Shown here: positions 8,628 to 18,480 of the stretch, in pieces | Position numbering within the stretch: the stretch's first letter is position 1 | Layout: each line of letters begins with the position of its first letter | Assembly: GCA_963665615.2 (NCBI GenBank) | Contig: CAXXQE010000008.1 | Location: 124,001 to 188,000 of the forward strand | Direction of reading: 5' to 3' | DNA: 64,000 nt | From: Syntrophales bacterium | Lineage (GTDB): Bacteria > Desulfobacterota > Syntrophia > Syntrophales > UBA4778 | The notes under the pieces: model-generated | Seen by the model: the letters and a program-made list of their open reading frames with translations, nothing else | What the model was told of the DNA's origin: nothing | Database searches by the model: none | Program-made: the position numbers and the translations under genes

Positions 8628-10493
8628 TCAATAATTTAAGTCAACTTTTGATTTTCCCTTGATCTGAACATCAATTCTTTCGGACCGCTCATCATCGTGC
8701 CCTTTTCCCTGCTGAGCATCCGTTGAAATCTGCTCGGGTTGGGCATTGTTAGCTGCCTCCCGTGTCGGCAGCCAAGCCTCGACGTTCATTCCCGATCTGA
8801 GGATAAAGGAATCACACCTGGGCGCATAAGGCTTGAATCTGATTTTGCACTTGAAGACGTCCCGGCCGACCATGGAGACATAAGACTCAAGGTTTTGCAT
8901 GTGCTGGATTTCCGCCGGGCTCACGAGGCGCTCTCTGATGTTTTGCAGGTTCATCTGCTGCCGGTCGCCCATGTTTTCCGGAGAGATCGAAAAGTTGGTG
9001 GCGTATTTTTCATACTCGCATTCGCCGATCCGGCGACTGAAATACTCACCGGTGTCCGGGTCAGGAGACCGGAATATCACCGAAGTTCCGCAGGAGTTGA
9101 GGATCGTCTGCGCTCCCTCCTGACCATAACGCTTCCGGACCTGGCTGATATCCTGAATCCCGATCCAAACGCTTCCGCCCTTGGACCGTGCCGTCGTCAA
9201 GAGCCGCTCGATAGAAGAAAGCGATTGCAGCTCGGGAAACTCGTCCAGGAGAAAGAAAACCCTGTTGTCGAGATTGTCCGGAAGTGACAAGAGCCGCCTG
9301 GCCAAGAGATCAATCATGAGGCTCAAGATAGGTCGAAGGATGTCCTGGCAGTCGGCGTAATTGGTGATGAAGATCGCGCCGCCCTTGTTGTCTGTCAGCC
9401 ACCCGCTCAGCGAGAAATTATTTTCTTCATGGTCGTCAGGAAGATACTCGAAGCACGAGACATACTGCATCATGGTCGCCAGGATGCCCAAGGCCTGCTT
9501 GGAGGAGGCATCCTCGATGTATTTTGCGCCGGCCTTCGCATCCGCCTCCAGGAGCATTTTCTTGATGTCGCTGTCGGTACTCGACACCACTTGCCAGATG
9601 TCCTGATTACGGTTTCTGTTTTTCATATACAGATACCTGAGCAGCCCGCTGAAGACTTCCCTCGATCCGTCGTTCCAAAATTTGCCTTCTCCGAATGACA
9701 TGGGAATTAAACTATGGCTGACCGCCTGAAGATCCAGGATGTTCTGGATTTCGTTTGTGACCCGCCACTGGACCGATCGCTCGTCAAGGGGATTGAAGAT
9801 CAGATCCCTCTGGGGATCATAGAATCTCTTGACGTAATCCCCCTTGAAGTCGTGACAGATGACCTTGCAGTTCCGTTTCCGGATCGTCTCGAAAGCACGG
9901 GACAGGAACATCGTCTTGCCCACGCCTGGGGCGCCCGAAACGAGCGAGTTCATGATCTCATCCTTGATCGGCATCCCGACCGTGTCCGAAAGTGGAATGG
10001 ACACAATCAGATTGTCCTTTTTGATCCGCTTTCGGATCTCTTTGTCGGAAACAAGCCACGGGCCACGGACGTGCTTTTTACTGAAGGCATCGGCCTTGCT
10101 CCGGATATACCGAATCATGAAAAAACCGGTAGGGATCAACAAAAGCGTCGGAAGAAACAGGACCAGAGGGATTTTTCTTTTTGCGGATGCTCTGAGCCGA
10201 TTGAGATAGGGATCGGTCTGGACCTGTTCGGCATTGCCATAGAATTTTTCGCCGTCCAAAACAATCTCCATCCTGTAATTCTTGTCCATCACCTGGAACC
10301 AGCCGGCCTTCATGCCTGAGATCAAGGCGCTTGTTTCGTTTTTCGACATCATGAGTTCATAGGCGCCCCAGACAAAGAGGCCGTACAAAACAAGCATTGA
10401 GCTCAGGATCATGTGCGCAGTCTGAGCCTGCATATTTATGATCGTGCGGAACCGCTCTCCACCGACGTAGATTGGAAATCTCTCGCGTGTCAT
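8628..10493 (-). CDS. traD: Type IV coupling protein (TraD/TrwB family)
   Basis: Two N-terminal TM segments; GAPGVGKT, HDFKGD, FNPLDERS, LLDEF, GIQDISQ motifs. Confidence 0.92.
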   Translation of the reverse strand: MTRERFPIYVGGERFRTIINMQAQTAHMILSSMLVLYGLFVWGAYELMMSKNETSALISGMKAGWFQVMDKNYRMEIVLDGEKFYGNAEQVQTDPYLNRLRASAKRKIPLVLFLPTLLLIPTGFFMIRYIRSKADAFSKKHVRGPWLVSDKEIRKRIKKDNLIVSIPLSDTVGMPIKDEIMNSLVSGAPGVGKTMFLSRAFETIRKRNCKVICHDFKGDYVKRFYDPQRDLIFNPLDERSVQWRVTNEIQNILDLQAVSHSLIPMSFGEGKFWNDGSREVFSGLLRYLYMKNRNRNQDIWQVVSSTDSDIKKMLLEADAKAGAKYIEDASSKQALGILATMMQYVSCFEYLPDDHEENNFSLSGWLTDNKGGAIFITNYADCQDILRPILSLMIDLLARRLLSLPDNLDNRVFFLLDEFPELQSLSSIERLLTTARSKGGSVWIGIQDISQVRKRYGQEGAQTILNSCGTSVIFRSPDPDTGEYFSRRIGECEYEKYATNFSISPENMGDRQQMNLQNIRERLVSPAEIQHMQNLESYVSMVGRDVFKCKIRFKPYAPRCDSFILRSGMNVEAWLPTREAANNAQPEQISTDAQQGKGHDDERSERIDVQIKGKSKVDLNY

Positions 10494-10502
10494 GGTCTTC
10501 CT

Positions 10503-10856
10503 TTACTCTAAGATACTTAGCTTTTTGCTTACCGGATAGTCCTTGTATTTTTCGTTTGCGGCACACACTATGTTCAGGAATTTTTCGAGGCTCAAATCGC
10601 ACTTGATATATTCAGCGACTATGTTGATCAATAAAGCGATGAGATTATCCGCGCGTCTGGACTGAGGCGCTATTTCCAAAACAACCGCCTCCAATTTTTC
10701 CAACTTCTCTTTCAGTTCGTTGACATCTTCTTGAACGTAGGCCCGTTCGATTTTTTCCCTGATGATTTGTGAAATGGAACATTCTTTTTGTTCGGCTTCA
10801 GCTGAAATTTTTGCATGGAGCTCATCGCTCAGTCGTACGGTAATAGGTTCGGCCAT
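10503..10856 (-). CDS. Ribbon-helix-helix relaxosome accessory protein (TrwA/CopG-like)
   Basis: MAEPITVRLSDELHAKISAEAEQKECSISQIIRE RHH signature; GGAGGT RBS; sits between oriT and the coupling protein gene. Confidence 0.75.
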   Translation of the reverse strand: MAEPITVRLSDELHAKISAEAEQKECSISQIIREKIERAYVQEDVNELKEKLEKLEAVVLEIAPQSRRADNLIALLINIVAEYIKCDLSLEKFLNIVCAANEKYKDYPVSKKLSILE

Positions 10857-10859
10857 AGA

Positions 10860-11188
10860 TACCTCCATAATTTGGACTCGTTTCGTTGTACACATTACGC
10901 AACCTGCGGTTGCAGGGAGCGTATACGCTTTGACGTTTTTTCGGTCGTAAGTTCATGGTATTCCTTTGTTTTTAACGTGTACGGATCTGTATACAAAAAG
11001 GTCGCTATTCCCCTCATTCTCTCTATACTTTCGGGGACTTCCACTGTATACGGTTTTTAGGGGAATTTTGAATGACCCGTATACGCTTGCGCCCTTTTTT
11101 CGACCTATCCTTTGAAGATTGTTTTCCTTTTGCCGTATACAGTTAGCGTTTCCCTTGAGTCCGGACACTCCTTCTGGAATCCCCTTAT
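10860..11188 (-). other. Origin of transfer (oriT), predicted nic between 10890 and 10889
   Basis: Minus strand GCAACC-GCA-GGTTGC-GTAATGTGT|ACAAC parallels the R388 MOBF nic GCACC-GAAA-GGTGC-GTATTGTCT|ATAG; five GTATAC palindromes at 10921, 10989, 11046, 11079 and 11135. Confidence 0.75.
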
Positions 11189-14100
11189 TCACCGCTCCAT
11201 CTCAACATCTTTGACCGAACTCACGCCGCGTTCCGGAGCATGTGGCCGTTCGATTTCAATTCCGGCTTTCGCATTCTCCTGAGCCGTTTTTTGATCCGGT
11301 GCGTCCATGTTTTTTTCATAGGCCTCGATTGCGGCGCACCTCTGCAATTGCTCTTTGCTCGGTTCGAGATGACCGAATTTTTCGCTCACATCTGCCAAAT
11401 ATTTCTTCTGCTCAGACTCGGGGAGGGAATGGAAATGTTTCATCTGCTCGTCAGTTTTTTCGGGTTGCTGGCGATCCAAAACATAATCCAGGGTCGATGT
11501 TTTCTGCAGCTCGATCACGGCGCGTTCACTGAAGATTTCGAGATTGTTGGTGATCAGGCTGAAATCCGATTTAATTCTCGAACTGGCCACATAAAAGGAA
11601 TTGTAATTTGTCTTTTCGGCCAGGCCGCAAAAGATCACGTTATCGTAAGTCGAGCCCTGCGCCTTATAGTCGGTTAGGGCGTAACCGTAATCGAGGTATT
11701 GATATTTCTCCGGGTCGATTTTGATGTCTCTGCCGCTCACATCGACTGTGATTTTGCCGTCGTTTCCCAGATTCGTTATGATGCCGGCAAGCCCGTTCTG
11801 AACGCCAAGTGCTTTGTCGTTTTTGGAAAAGACAATGTGGTCACCAATTGAAAATGGACGTTTCGTTTCTTTGAAGGCCCGGAGGCGGTCGCCGTTATTC
11901 ACAAGGTCAACCTGGAATTCCCCGGTCGCGTTTTGCAGGGTGAGGACGTTTGCATCGGAGTCGATTGCGACGATTTGGGCCTCCACGCCGGGAGGCATGT
12001 TTTTGAGAGGTTTCTGAGCTAAAACGTGGGTTGCTTCCAGATAGCTGTGCCCGTATCGCTTGGCGCTTTCGAGCATGTTGATCTGTTCGCGCGTGACAAA
12101 CGTTTTCTCGTCGCTGCCGATGCGATCCGATGATTTAAGCTCTTCCCGGATCAGGTTGTTTATCTGATTGCGCTCGCTGTTGAAGGAGACAATTACGACC
12201 GATCTCTCCGGCGATTCCATAAAGAGAGTCTTGGCGATCTCCACGCGCTGGCCGAAGGATTCTTCTTCATAAACTTTTCCTGCACGGTCCATAATGTCGA
12301 GCGCCGTGTCGATCTGTTTGTCCTTGACCGCCTGAACGACGCTCCGGGCGAAATCGGTTCTCTGGCGAACGGTTTCCTTCATCTCGACAATGTTCAACCC
12401 CGAATGGATCTGCGAGTCGCCGAAGGCGCGGCCTGCCTCGATGGGGAGAAGCTGCTTCACATCGCCGATCAGGACCATGCGGGCGTTTTCCTTTTCAGCC
12501 TGCTCGATCATGCTCAGCATGTTTTTCGAGCCGATCATTGAGGCCTCGTCGAGTACCTTGAGATCGGTTGGCTCCTTGTCCTTGGTCATCAGATACGATG
12601 CGATGGTCGCAGCCGGTGCGCCGGTGAGAGAAGAGAATTCCTTCACGGCCTTTCCCGTGTGGGAATATCCGGCAATGGTCAGGCCCTTTGCATTTGCGGC
12701 CTCGGTGATAGCCTGGAAGACCGTTGTCTTTCCGCTTCCCGCATCACCTTGGGCGATGACGTACTGATCCCGGCCGTTCACGACTGCGAGAAAGAGGTTC
12801 TTCTGACCGTCCGTCATCTTGAGACCACTTCTCTTTTCATGATCTACGATGAAGGTTTGGGCCTCCTCGCGCGACATGATCGGCTGGAATTTCGCTTCTC
12901 CGGCCTTCAGCTTCTGAATGATATCCGACTCGACCCGGATCATCTCCGGGGTGCTGAAGATGTTGGTGGCGATCTCGTTCACTCGGCCTTCAGTGGCCGC
13001 ATTGCGGAGCGCTCCCTCTGCCTCTTCGAGCGTGAATTTTCCAAGGGAAAGCGAGAGGCTTTCGAGCAAGACCCTGGCCGAATCGAAGGTCGATTCGTTG
13101 GCGGTGATGTCTCGGATCGCCAGGTTGAGAAAGAGGTCGGTGCCGTTTGATCGCTCTGTCCTCTGAGATTCTGGAGAATCCGCTAAAGGTATCGTTGCCC
13201 TTCCTGCGTCCGTAAACGGCTCAGGTTGAATGATCTCTTTCCCAGCCGACCTAAGACCCGTGGAAGGACGAGATTCACAACTTTCGGGCTGCTCCGTCTT
13301 TTCGATTGCGTGCTCGATCCTGCTAAGGCATTCGTTCTCCCGGTCAATGCGATAACCCAGCTCCCGGAGTTGGTCTTCCCATGATCTCGTCAGGTCTTCC
13401 CGGGTTTTGTCGGACTTGGACGATCTCGACGAGAGGGCGGCGATGTGGTTGATCTCGGCTGCCTTGAGGTGGTTGAAAGCACCGCTTTCCTTCAGACGTT
13501 GCTCCGCCTTGTCGATTTGTTCGGAGCGCTTGGAAAAGAGATCGCGCACCTCTTGCGGAAGCCCCCCGATTTCGTAGCGGCCTTTCCTCTTGTTCTCGAT
13601 TGTGTAGCCGAGTTCCGAAAGCCCTCTGGCCATTTCGGAATGATAGATCGTAAGGAGAAATTTCTGATGCTTGAAGATGTTGTCGTTCCAGAGCGCCCGC
13701 CACTGTCCGTCCGGGCGCTGTACCATGTTGGCGATCAGGACATGCGTGTGGCTCTGGGGATCGTCTTCTCGGCTGGTGGAGTGGGAGTAGGTGGCGAAAA
13801 TGCCTTGCCCCGGCGCCGGCACGACCCGGGTTATCCCGTTCTGGGTTTCGCGATAGCCGATGTAGTGCTCGTCGATATAGCGGCAGAACTTCTCCACGGC
13901 CTTCTCCCTTGCATCCTGTATTCCTTCGCCTCCCAGGATGTGCTCAACGATGCTCACGCTCTTGGGGTCATCCAAGGGGAAATCCACGCCGGCCCGGTGA
14001 TAGGTCCGGCCGTCTTTGGTGGAATAGGTACTCTGAACCCGCTTGATTCCGCCGCGGTCTTTACCTTCGATCAGGTTCAGGTAGTCGGCCTTCCCGATGG

Positions 14101-14227
14101 GAGATCCGCTTTGCACCCCGTAGCCCTCGCAGCCGCCGCCAAGCCATTTGCTGTTGTCCTTGTACACGGGGTCTTTCTCGTAATAGTACCGCTTGGCGGA
14201 CTCGCACTTGATCGTATAGGGGATCAT
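11189..14227 (-). CDS. traI: MOBF conjugative relaxase-helicase (TrwC/TraI family)
   Basis: N-terminal YYYEKDPVY tyrosines, PKSVS, HSTSREDDPQSHTH (HUH), FSKRSEQI; helicase motifs QGDAGSGKTT, LDEASM, GDVKQL, YALTDYKAQGST. Confidence 0.95.
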   Translation of the reverse strand: MIPYTIKCESAKRYYYEKDPVYKDNSKWLGGGCEGYGVQSGSPIGKADYLNLIEGKDRGGIKRVQSTYSTKDGRTYHRAGVDFPLDDPKSVSIVEHILGGEGIQDAREKAVEKFCRYIDEHYIGYRETQNGITRVVPAPGQGIFATYSHSTSREDDPQSHTHVLIANMVQRPDGQWRALWNDNIFKHQKFLLTIYHSEMARGLSELGYTIENKRKGRYEIGGLPQEVRDLFSKRSEQIDKAEQRLKESGAFNHLKAAEINHIAALSSRSSKSDKTREDLTRSWEDQLRELGYRIDRENECLSRIEHAIEKTEQPESCESRPSTGLRSAGKEIIQPEPFTDAGRATIPLADSPESQRTERSNGTDLFLNLAIRDITANESTFDSARVLLESLSLSLGKFTLEEAEGALRNAATEGRVNEIATNIFSTPEMIRVESDIIQKLKAGEAKFQPIMSREEAQTFIVDHEKRSGLKMTDGQKNLFLAVVNGRDQYVIAQGDAGSGKTTVFQAITEAANAKGLTIAGYSHTGKAVKEFSSLTGAPAATIASYLMTKDKEPTDLKVLDEASMIGSKNMLSMIEQAEKENARMVLIGDVKQLLPIEAGRAFGDSQIHSGLNIVEMKETVRQRTDFARSVVQAVKDKQIDTALDIMDRAGKVYEEESFGQRVEIAKTLFMESPERSVVIVSFNSERNQINNLIREELKSSDRIGSDEKTFVTREQINMLESAKRYGHSYLEATHVLAQKPLKNMPPGVEAQIVAIDSDANVLTLQNATGEFQVDLVNNGDRLRAFKETKRPFSIGDHIVFSKNDKALGVQNGLAGIITNLGNDGKITVDVSGRDIKIDPEKYQYLDYGYALTDYKAQGSTYDNVIFCGLAEKTNYNSFYVASSRIKSDFSLITNNLEIFSERAVIELQKTSTLDYVLDRQQPEKTDEQMKHFHSLPESEQKKYLADVSEKFGHLEPSKEQLQRCAAIEAYEKNMDAPDQKTAQENAKAGIEIERPHAPERGVSSVKDVEMER

Positions 14228-14318
14228 TTGTTTGCCTCGATTCGTTTTTGGATTTCAGTTACACGGTTGGGGGATACCGTGATTGCTTTGTTTCCGCGCT
14301 GTTCCTTCGAGATGAGGG

Positions 14319-15017
14319 TCAGTCCCCGATTGTCGTCCTGACGTCGTTTTTCAGATCCTCGTAATCTGCTGGCCATTCGGATGCGTCGTATTTTCCGATC
14401 AGACTGAAGAGACGCTCCTGTTTTTTCCTCAAATCTTCATTTTCTTTTTTCCTTTGCACTGCCTTGGCTTCCCTGATTTGCTTTTTGATGGTCTTTTGCT
14501 TCTCGATCAACTTGGTCAGTTTGTCTTCCATGTTTGCACCTCTCTGTGTTTTTTGTTTATCCATTGCAATTCGCAAGATGGATTGCCCACTTCTCTTATT
14601 CGTTGCAGCGGCATTCATGGCTCCGGCGATCTTGCTGGCGTAAGCCGCCCTTTTGGTTCTGTTTGGGCTGTTGTAACAGCCAACCGCCTCCCAGGTGTAT
14701 CCGTGTTGCCCAATGCATTGGGCCAGTATCCAGGCGCCGACGCGGACGTTGTAACAAGGGTCTCCCAGGGCCATCCACTGTTGGCGGCCAAGCTTTTTTG
14801 CCCAGAATGAATTGATCTGCATGACACCGTAATCATAGGAGCCATCGGTATTGCGATTGATGGCGTCAGGTCGGTAGCCGCTTTCGACCTGGGCAATGGC
14901 CTGAAGGAGTTGAGGAGAGACGTGATATGTGGCACCCGCCTCATCGAAACAGAAAGCATGGAGATGGTCGCAGGGAAGGGCGATGAGAATGAAAAAAAGC
15001 AGGGCTGCTCTTCTCAT
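14319..15017 (-). CDS. Lytic transglycosylase (SLT) with an in-frame basic C-terminal extension
   Basis: Signal peptide; AIAQVESG, DYGVMQINS, NVRVGAWIL, AVGCYNS motifs; the last 70 aa have their own RBS and ATG at 14531. Confidence 0.88.
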   Translation of the reverse strand: MRRAALLFFILIALPCDHLHAFCFDEAGATYHVSPQLLQAIAQVESGYRPDAINRNTDGSYDYGVMQINSFWAKKLGRQQWMALGDPCYNVRVGAWILAQCIGQHGYTWEAVGCYNSPNRTKRAAYASKIAGAMNAAATNKRSGQSILRIAMDKQKTQRGANMEDKLTKLIEKQKTIKKQIREAKAVQRKKENEDLRKKQERLFSLIGKYDASEWPADYEDLKNDVRTTIGD

Positions 15018-15144
15018 AATGCCTCCTTCACTTTCGATAGATTTGTTTCAGTTTCGGAATTTCAGATTTTCATTGGATTCATCTCGTGTGATTTCGTTTG
15101 ATGATCGTTGCTGTTGATGCATAGGGAGAGGGTCGCGGAAAAAA

Positions 15145-15183
15145 GTCCCCCTAATATATAATGTTTGCCATGCAGGGTGTTTT
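15145..15183 (-). repeat. 39-bp box, copy 1, upstream of the SLT-relaxase operon
   Basis: GTCCCCCTAATATATAATGTTTGCCATGCAGGGTGTTTT, identical to 42245-42283. Confidence 0.9.
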
Positions 15184-15436
15184 TGCGAAAAAAATGAAAT
15201 AAATTTGAAAAAAATGATGTTGGTTCAATGAATCCGAATTGATTCAGAGGTTGTAGGAGTCGTTTTTTTGAAAATTTTTATTTTAGATTTGTCGGACTGA
15301 ATAGCCGGTATAGGCATTCATTTCATCGGCGAGATATGATTTCAGCATGGAGATTGCCTTCAAGGGATTCTTGAAGGAGGGATAGATCTATTCGTACAGT
15401 TGGGTTTTCGGCAAGATAACAGGAAAATATACATCT

Positions 15437-15874
15437 CTACTTCATAAAGGACTCAATCTTCTCGGATAACAGTGTGGCTCTACTCTTCAATGTTAGCAGT
15501 ATCACGTCTTTATGTTCTATTTCGTCATAAGCGACGTAGCTCTCAAAAATATCAACGTGTATGTTCAAAACCTTTGCTATAGCCAGCTTCGCATCCTTTA
15601 CGACTTTGTCATCTGAGGGGAACTTGTTGGGATGAAGTCGTTTTCCTGTCGCAGTATATGAAAGTTGGTAGCCACCAGGCAAGTCACAATGCCCATGATA
15701 TTCACCGCCTTGAAAGTGAGGGGCGTGTCTGTAAGCAACATACCTTCCTGTCGTCTCCTTGCTTTCATTCATTTGTAAAAGGCCAATTTCGTCGAAGTGA
15801 CTTTCAGGGAGAGAAATGACGAGCTTGGCTTTCCGGTGGACCTCAAAATCTTCCAGAAAACTTTTTACACTCAT
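15437..15874 (-). CDS. Hypothetical protein with His-rich motif (RHAPH..YHGH..GKRLH)
   Basis: Start reassigned to MSVKSFLE (AAGGGGGG RBS); lies 40 bp downstream of the DUF6173 gene. Confidence 0.6.
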   Translation of the reverse strand: MSVKSFLEDFEVHRKAKLVISLPESHFDEIGLLQMNESKETTGRYVAYRHAPHFQGGEYHGHCDLPGGYQLSYTATGKRLHPNKFPSDDKVVKDAKLAIAKVLNIHVDIFESYVAYDEIEHKDVILLTLKSRATLLSEKIESFMK

Positions 15875-15914
15875 TATGAATCCCCCCTTTCGTTGGGCAT
15901 GACTGCACGCAATG

Positions 15915-16316
15915 TTAACAATTATTCGGCCATATAAAACCAATGCGCTTTGGCTTTTCTTCCAGTTTCTTCACTGATCTAAGCAGGAAGCTCAATTGGG
16001 ACACATGCTGAATTAACTGAAGTCTTTCTCCCTCTTCCGTGGTACCGTAAAACGTGATGACGTTAGGAGTCGAAAATCCGATTTGCTCAGCATGAAACAT
16101 CACGACACCGCCGAAAGACGCCAGTCTTACCGCCACTTCGTGTTCCTCGTCCAAGTTTGCCTCGAACGTCTCGACATACTTTTGTATTGCTTGGCAGACC
16201 TGAATCACCGGGTTATTCCTTAAATAAGCAGCCGCCGCTATCTCGGCTTGAAGCTCGTTCATTTCTTCCATTTGTTTCTCGAACGGATTTGCAATGCTGA
16301 TTTTGTAATTGGTCAT
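15915..16316 (-). CDS. DUF6173 family protein
   Basis: FEANLDEEHEVAVRLASFG...ITFYG...QLIQHVSQLSFLL...PKRIGF pattern; AGGAGG RBS. Confidence 0.75.
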   Translation of the reverse strand: MTNYKISIANPFEKQMEEMNELQAEIAAAAYLRNNPVIQVCQAIQKYVETFEANLDEEHEVAVRLASFGGVVMFHAEQIGFSTPNVITFYGTTEEGERLQLIQHVSQLSFLLRSVKKLEEKPKRIGFIWPNNC

Positions 16317-16647
16317 TCATTCCTCCTTGCCGGGTATAACAATTGTTGCCGCCGCGCTGCACGCATAGGCAACGTGGAACATTAGGGGATGACGTAGAAC
16401 ATTAGGGAACGTTCTTGCCTCCGACAACTTGACAGTTAACGACGTTAACAATCTCCTCCAACTGCCGTTTGGATTAAAAGGGGCAAACAGTTTTGGGATC
16501 GTCTGTTTTTCTGTTATGAGGAACGTTATCTCTTTCATGCTATTCAAGCATCCGCTTGGTCTTCCCCCGGAATTGTGGACAGCCTGAAAAGCTGCTATCG
16601 ATCAATTAAGCACGTTGAATCTCTTTTGCCCATCTTTCTTTTGGCTT

Positions 16648-18480
16648 CTAATCCTTATCTTGAGGAATTAAGAGAATGCACGGGTCCGCTTTTGGTGTGA
16701 GAATGGTCGTGCGCCGCTTAGCGCGGGTAATACTGACACGAAAATTCTGTCGTGTTTGATCATCGACGTTGTCACGCATATTGCCCCGTACAATCCGATC
16801 AGGATTTGCCACGATCTTGCGTCGGACGATCCGCGGCCAACCCTCAAATATGATCACCTCATCGAATTGCTTCCCTTTCGCTTTGTGCATGTTCATAATG
16901 ACCACACCAAATTCTGGCTTCGTATTGGTCGAAAAATGTTCCGTGATGAAGGCTTGGCGGACAATCTCTAAAGCATCTGCGTATTGGCCCTTGTCTCGCC
17001 AGTTCTGAGACAGAGTCTCGCGAAGCTGCGCCCCCCTATCCAACAGGCGGATATTTCTGACCTCGGCGGCAATTTCATTCAGCCGCTTGCAATTAGCAGC
17101 TTCCAGGTGCTTTCGTACAGTGATCCAGTCGCTGTGAGGATCTCCCTTTAAGACAAGATCGCGCGTTGCATTATAGGCCGCTTCGATTGGCAAATATATG
17201 CTTTTCTCAGAAACAGTCCTTACCTCCTCACGACATTTAACAGCTTTTTGGAAAGCCGCAAATATACGCGATGCCTCTTGAAGACTGGTTTTGCTAGGAG
17301 TGTCACCACCTTTGCCTCTAAAGTAGTTACAAATCAGGCTAATGAATTCGCCAACATCGCCTCTTACTCCGTGAGTTTGTAGAATGTAGGCAATGATCTC
17401 GGCTGCAAGGATAGCCGCCTCCATATCGACAGCCGCATGATGCTCAATCTTGGGCAATTTGCCTTGTGGTTCCCGAAAAGCGCTCGATACAATGCGTGTC
17501 ATGTGCTTTGTTGGGACAAGGATCGCCAATGACCAATCTTTCGGACCATCCTTAATCAGTCGCTTTCGCGCCTGCAAGGTTTCAGTCGCCACTTTGGTAA
17601 TCGCCTGATTCTGATTGGCATCGAACGCATCAATATATACACCCTCATAGATTTTTTTTGTAAACTTACCTTTCAGGATATCATTCCCAAAGTGAGCAAG
17701 ATCTGTTCCTTTGCTGCGGTGATTCTCGTCGCTAAGGTCGAACTTGAAAGGCGCGAACTCATCCTCGAAGTGTTGGAGCCGCTTAGGATCTGCACCGATA
17801 AAGTCGAAGATCCGCTGCTCTGGGTCAGCCAGCGCCAAAAGCTGGCTATCACGTCCAAGCGCCTGGATGACACGCCATTGATCCGGCGCAGTGTCCTGAA
17901 ACTCGTCTAGAATAATAACAGGATAGGCATTGGAGACCAGTAGCCTGATTTTGTTGCTTCTGTGGAGCAGTTCTCCGGACATCTCGGCAAATAAATCAAA
18001 ACAGACAAATCCCTCTTCAGCGGCTAGGCGTCGCCGTTCCGTATACTCGCGTTGTTTTTTTTCCTTCAATTCCTTTTTGCTCAGCTTGTCATCTGTTTTA
18101 TACTCATTCCTTATCTCGGACAGGGCCACCGCCTCATTGGGCGGCGTCAGGATGCCTAGACTACGCGGCAGGCCTAGCAAATATCCGTGTGTCTTAATAA
18201 GCCGCCAAAAGAAGGCGTGATAAGTATCGACCTCGATATGACGTTTAACCTCAGGAGTAATTTCATCTTCTTCTGCAATGGCTTCGAGCACCCTTGATAC
18301 TGTTGCTCGGGCGAAGCTCAGGAACAATACGTGCTGTCCACCCTTCATCCCCTCCTTGACAATCTTCCCTGCCTTCAGGATGGATACGGTTGTTTTGCCG
18401 GAACCAGGACCACCTTTTACGAGCAAGTGCCCATCGGCGGCCAAGACCCTTTTTTGTTTATCCGTAAGCTCAAAAGCCAC
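16648..18480 (-). CDS. gajB: UvrD/SF1 helicase, Gabija GajB-like
   Basis: GGPGSGKTT, DTYHAF, ILDEFQD, ADPEQRIF, ENHRS, MHKAKGKQFD, ITRAK motifs; overlaps the OLD gene. Confidence 0.8.
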   Translation of the reverse strand: MAFELTDKQKRVLAADGHLLVKGGPGSGKTTVSILKAGKIVKEGMKGGQHVLFLSFARATVSRVLEAIAEEDEITPEVKRHIEVDTYHAFFWRLIKTHGYLLGLPRSLGILTPPNEAVALSEIRNEYKTDDKLSKKELKEKKQREYTERRRLAAEEGFVCFDLFAEMSGELLHRSNKIRLLVSNAYPVIILDEFQDTAPDQWRVIQALGRDSQLLALADPEQRIFDFIGADPKRLQHFEDEFAPFKFDLSDENHRSKGTDLAHFGNDILKGKFTKKIYEGVYIDAFDANQNQAITKVATETLQARKRLIKDGPKDWSLAILVPTKHMTRIVSSAFREPQGKLPKIEHHAAVDMEAAILAAEIIAYILQTHGVRGDVGEFISLICNYFRGKGGDTPSKTSLQEASRIFAAFQKAVKCREEVRTVSEKSIYLPIEAAYNATRDLVLKGDPHSDWITVRKHLEAANCKRLNEIAAEVRNIRLLDRGAQLRETLSQNWRDKGQYADALEIVRQAFITEHFSTNTKPEFGVVIMNMHKAKGKQFDEVIIFEGWPRIVRRKIVANPDRIVRGNMRDNVDDQTRQNFRVSITRAKRRTTILTPKADPCILLIPQDKD

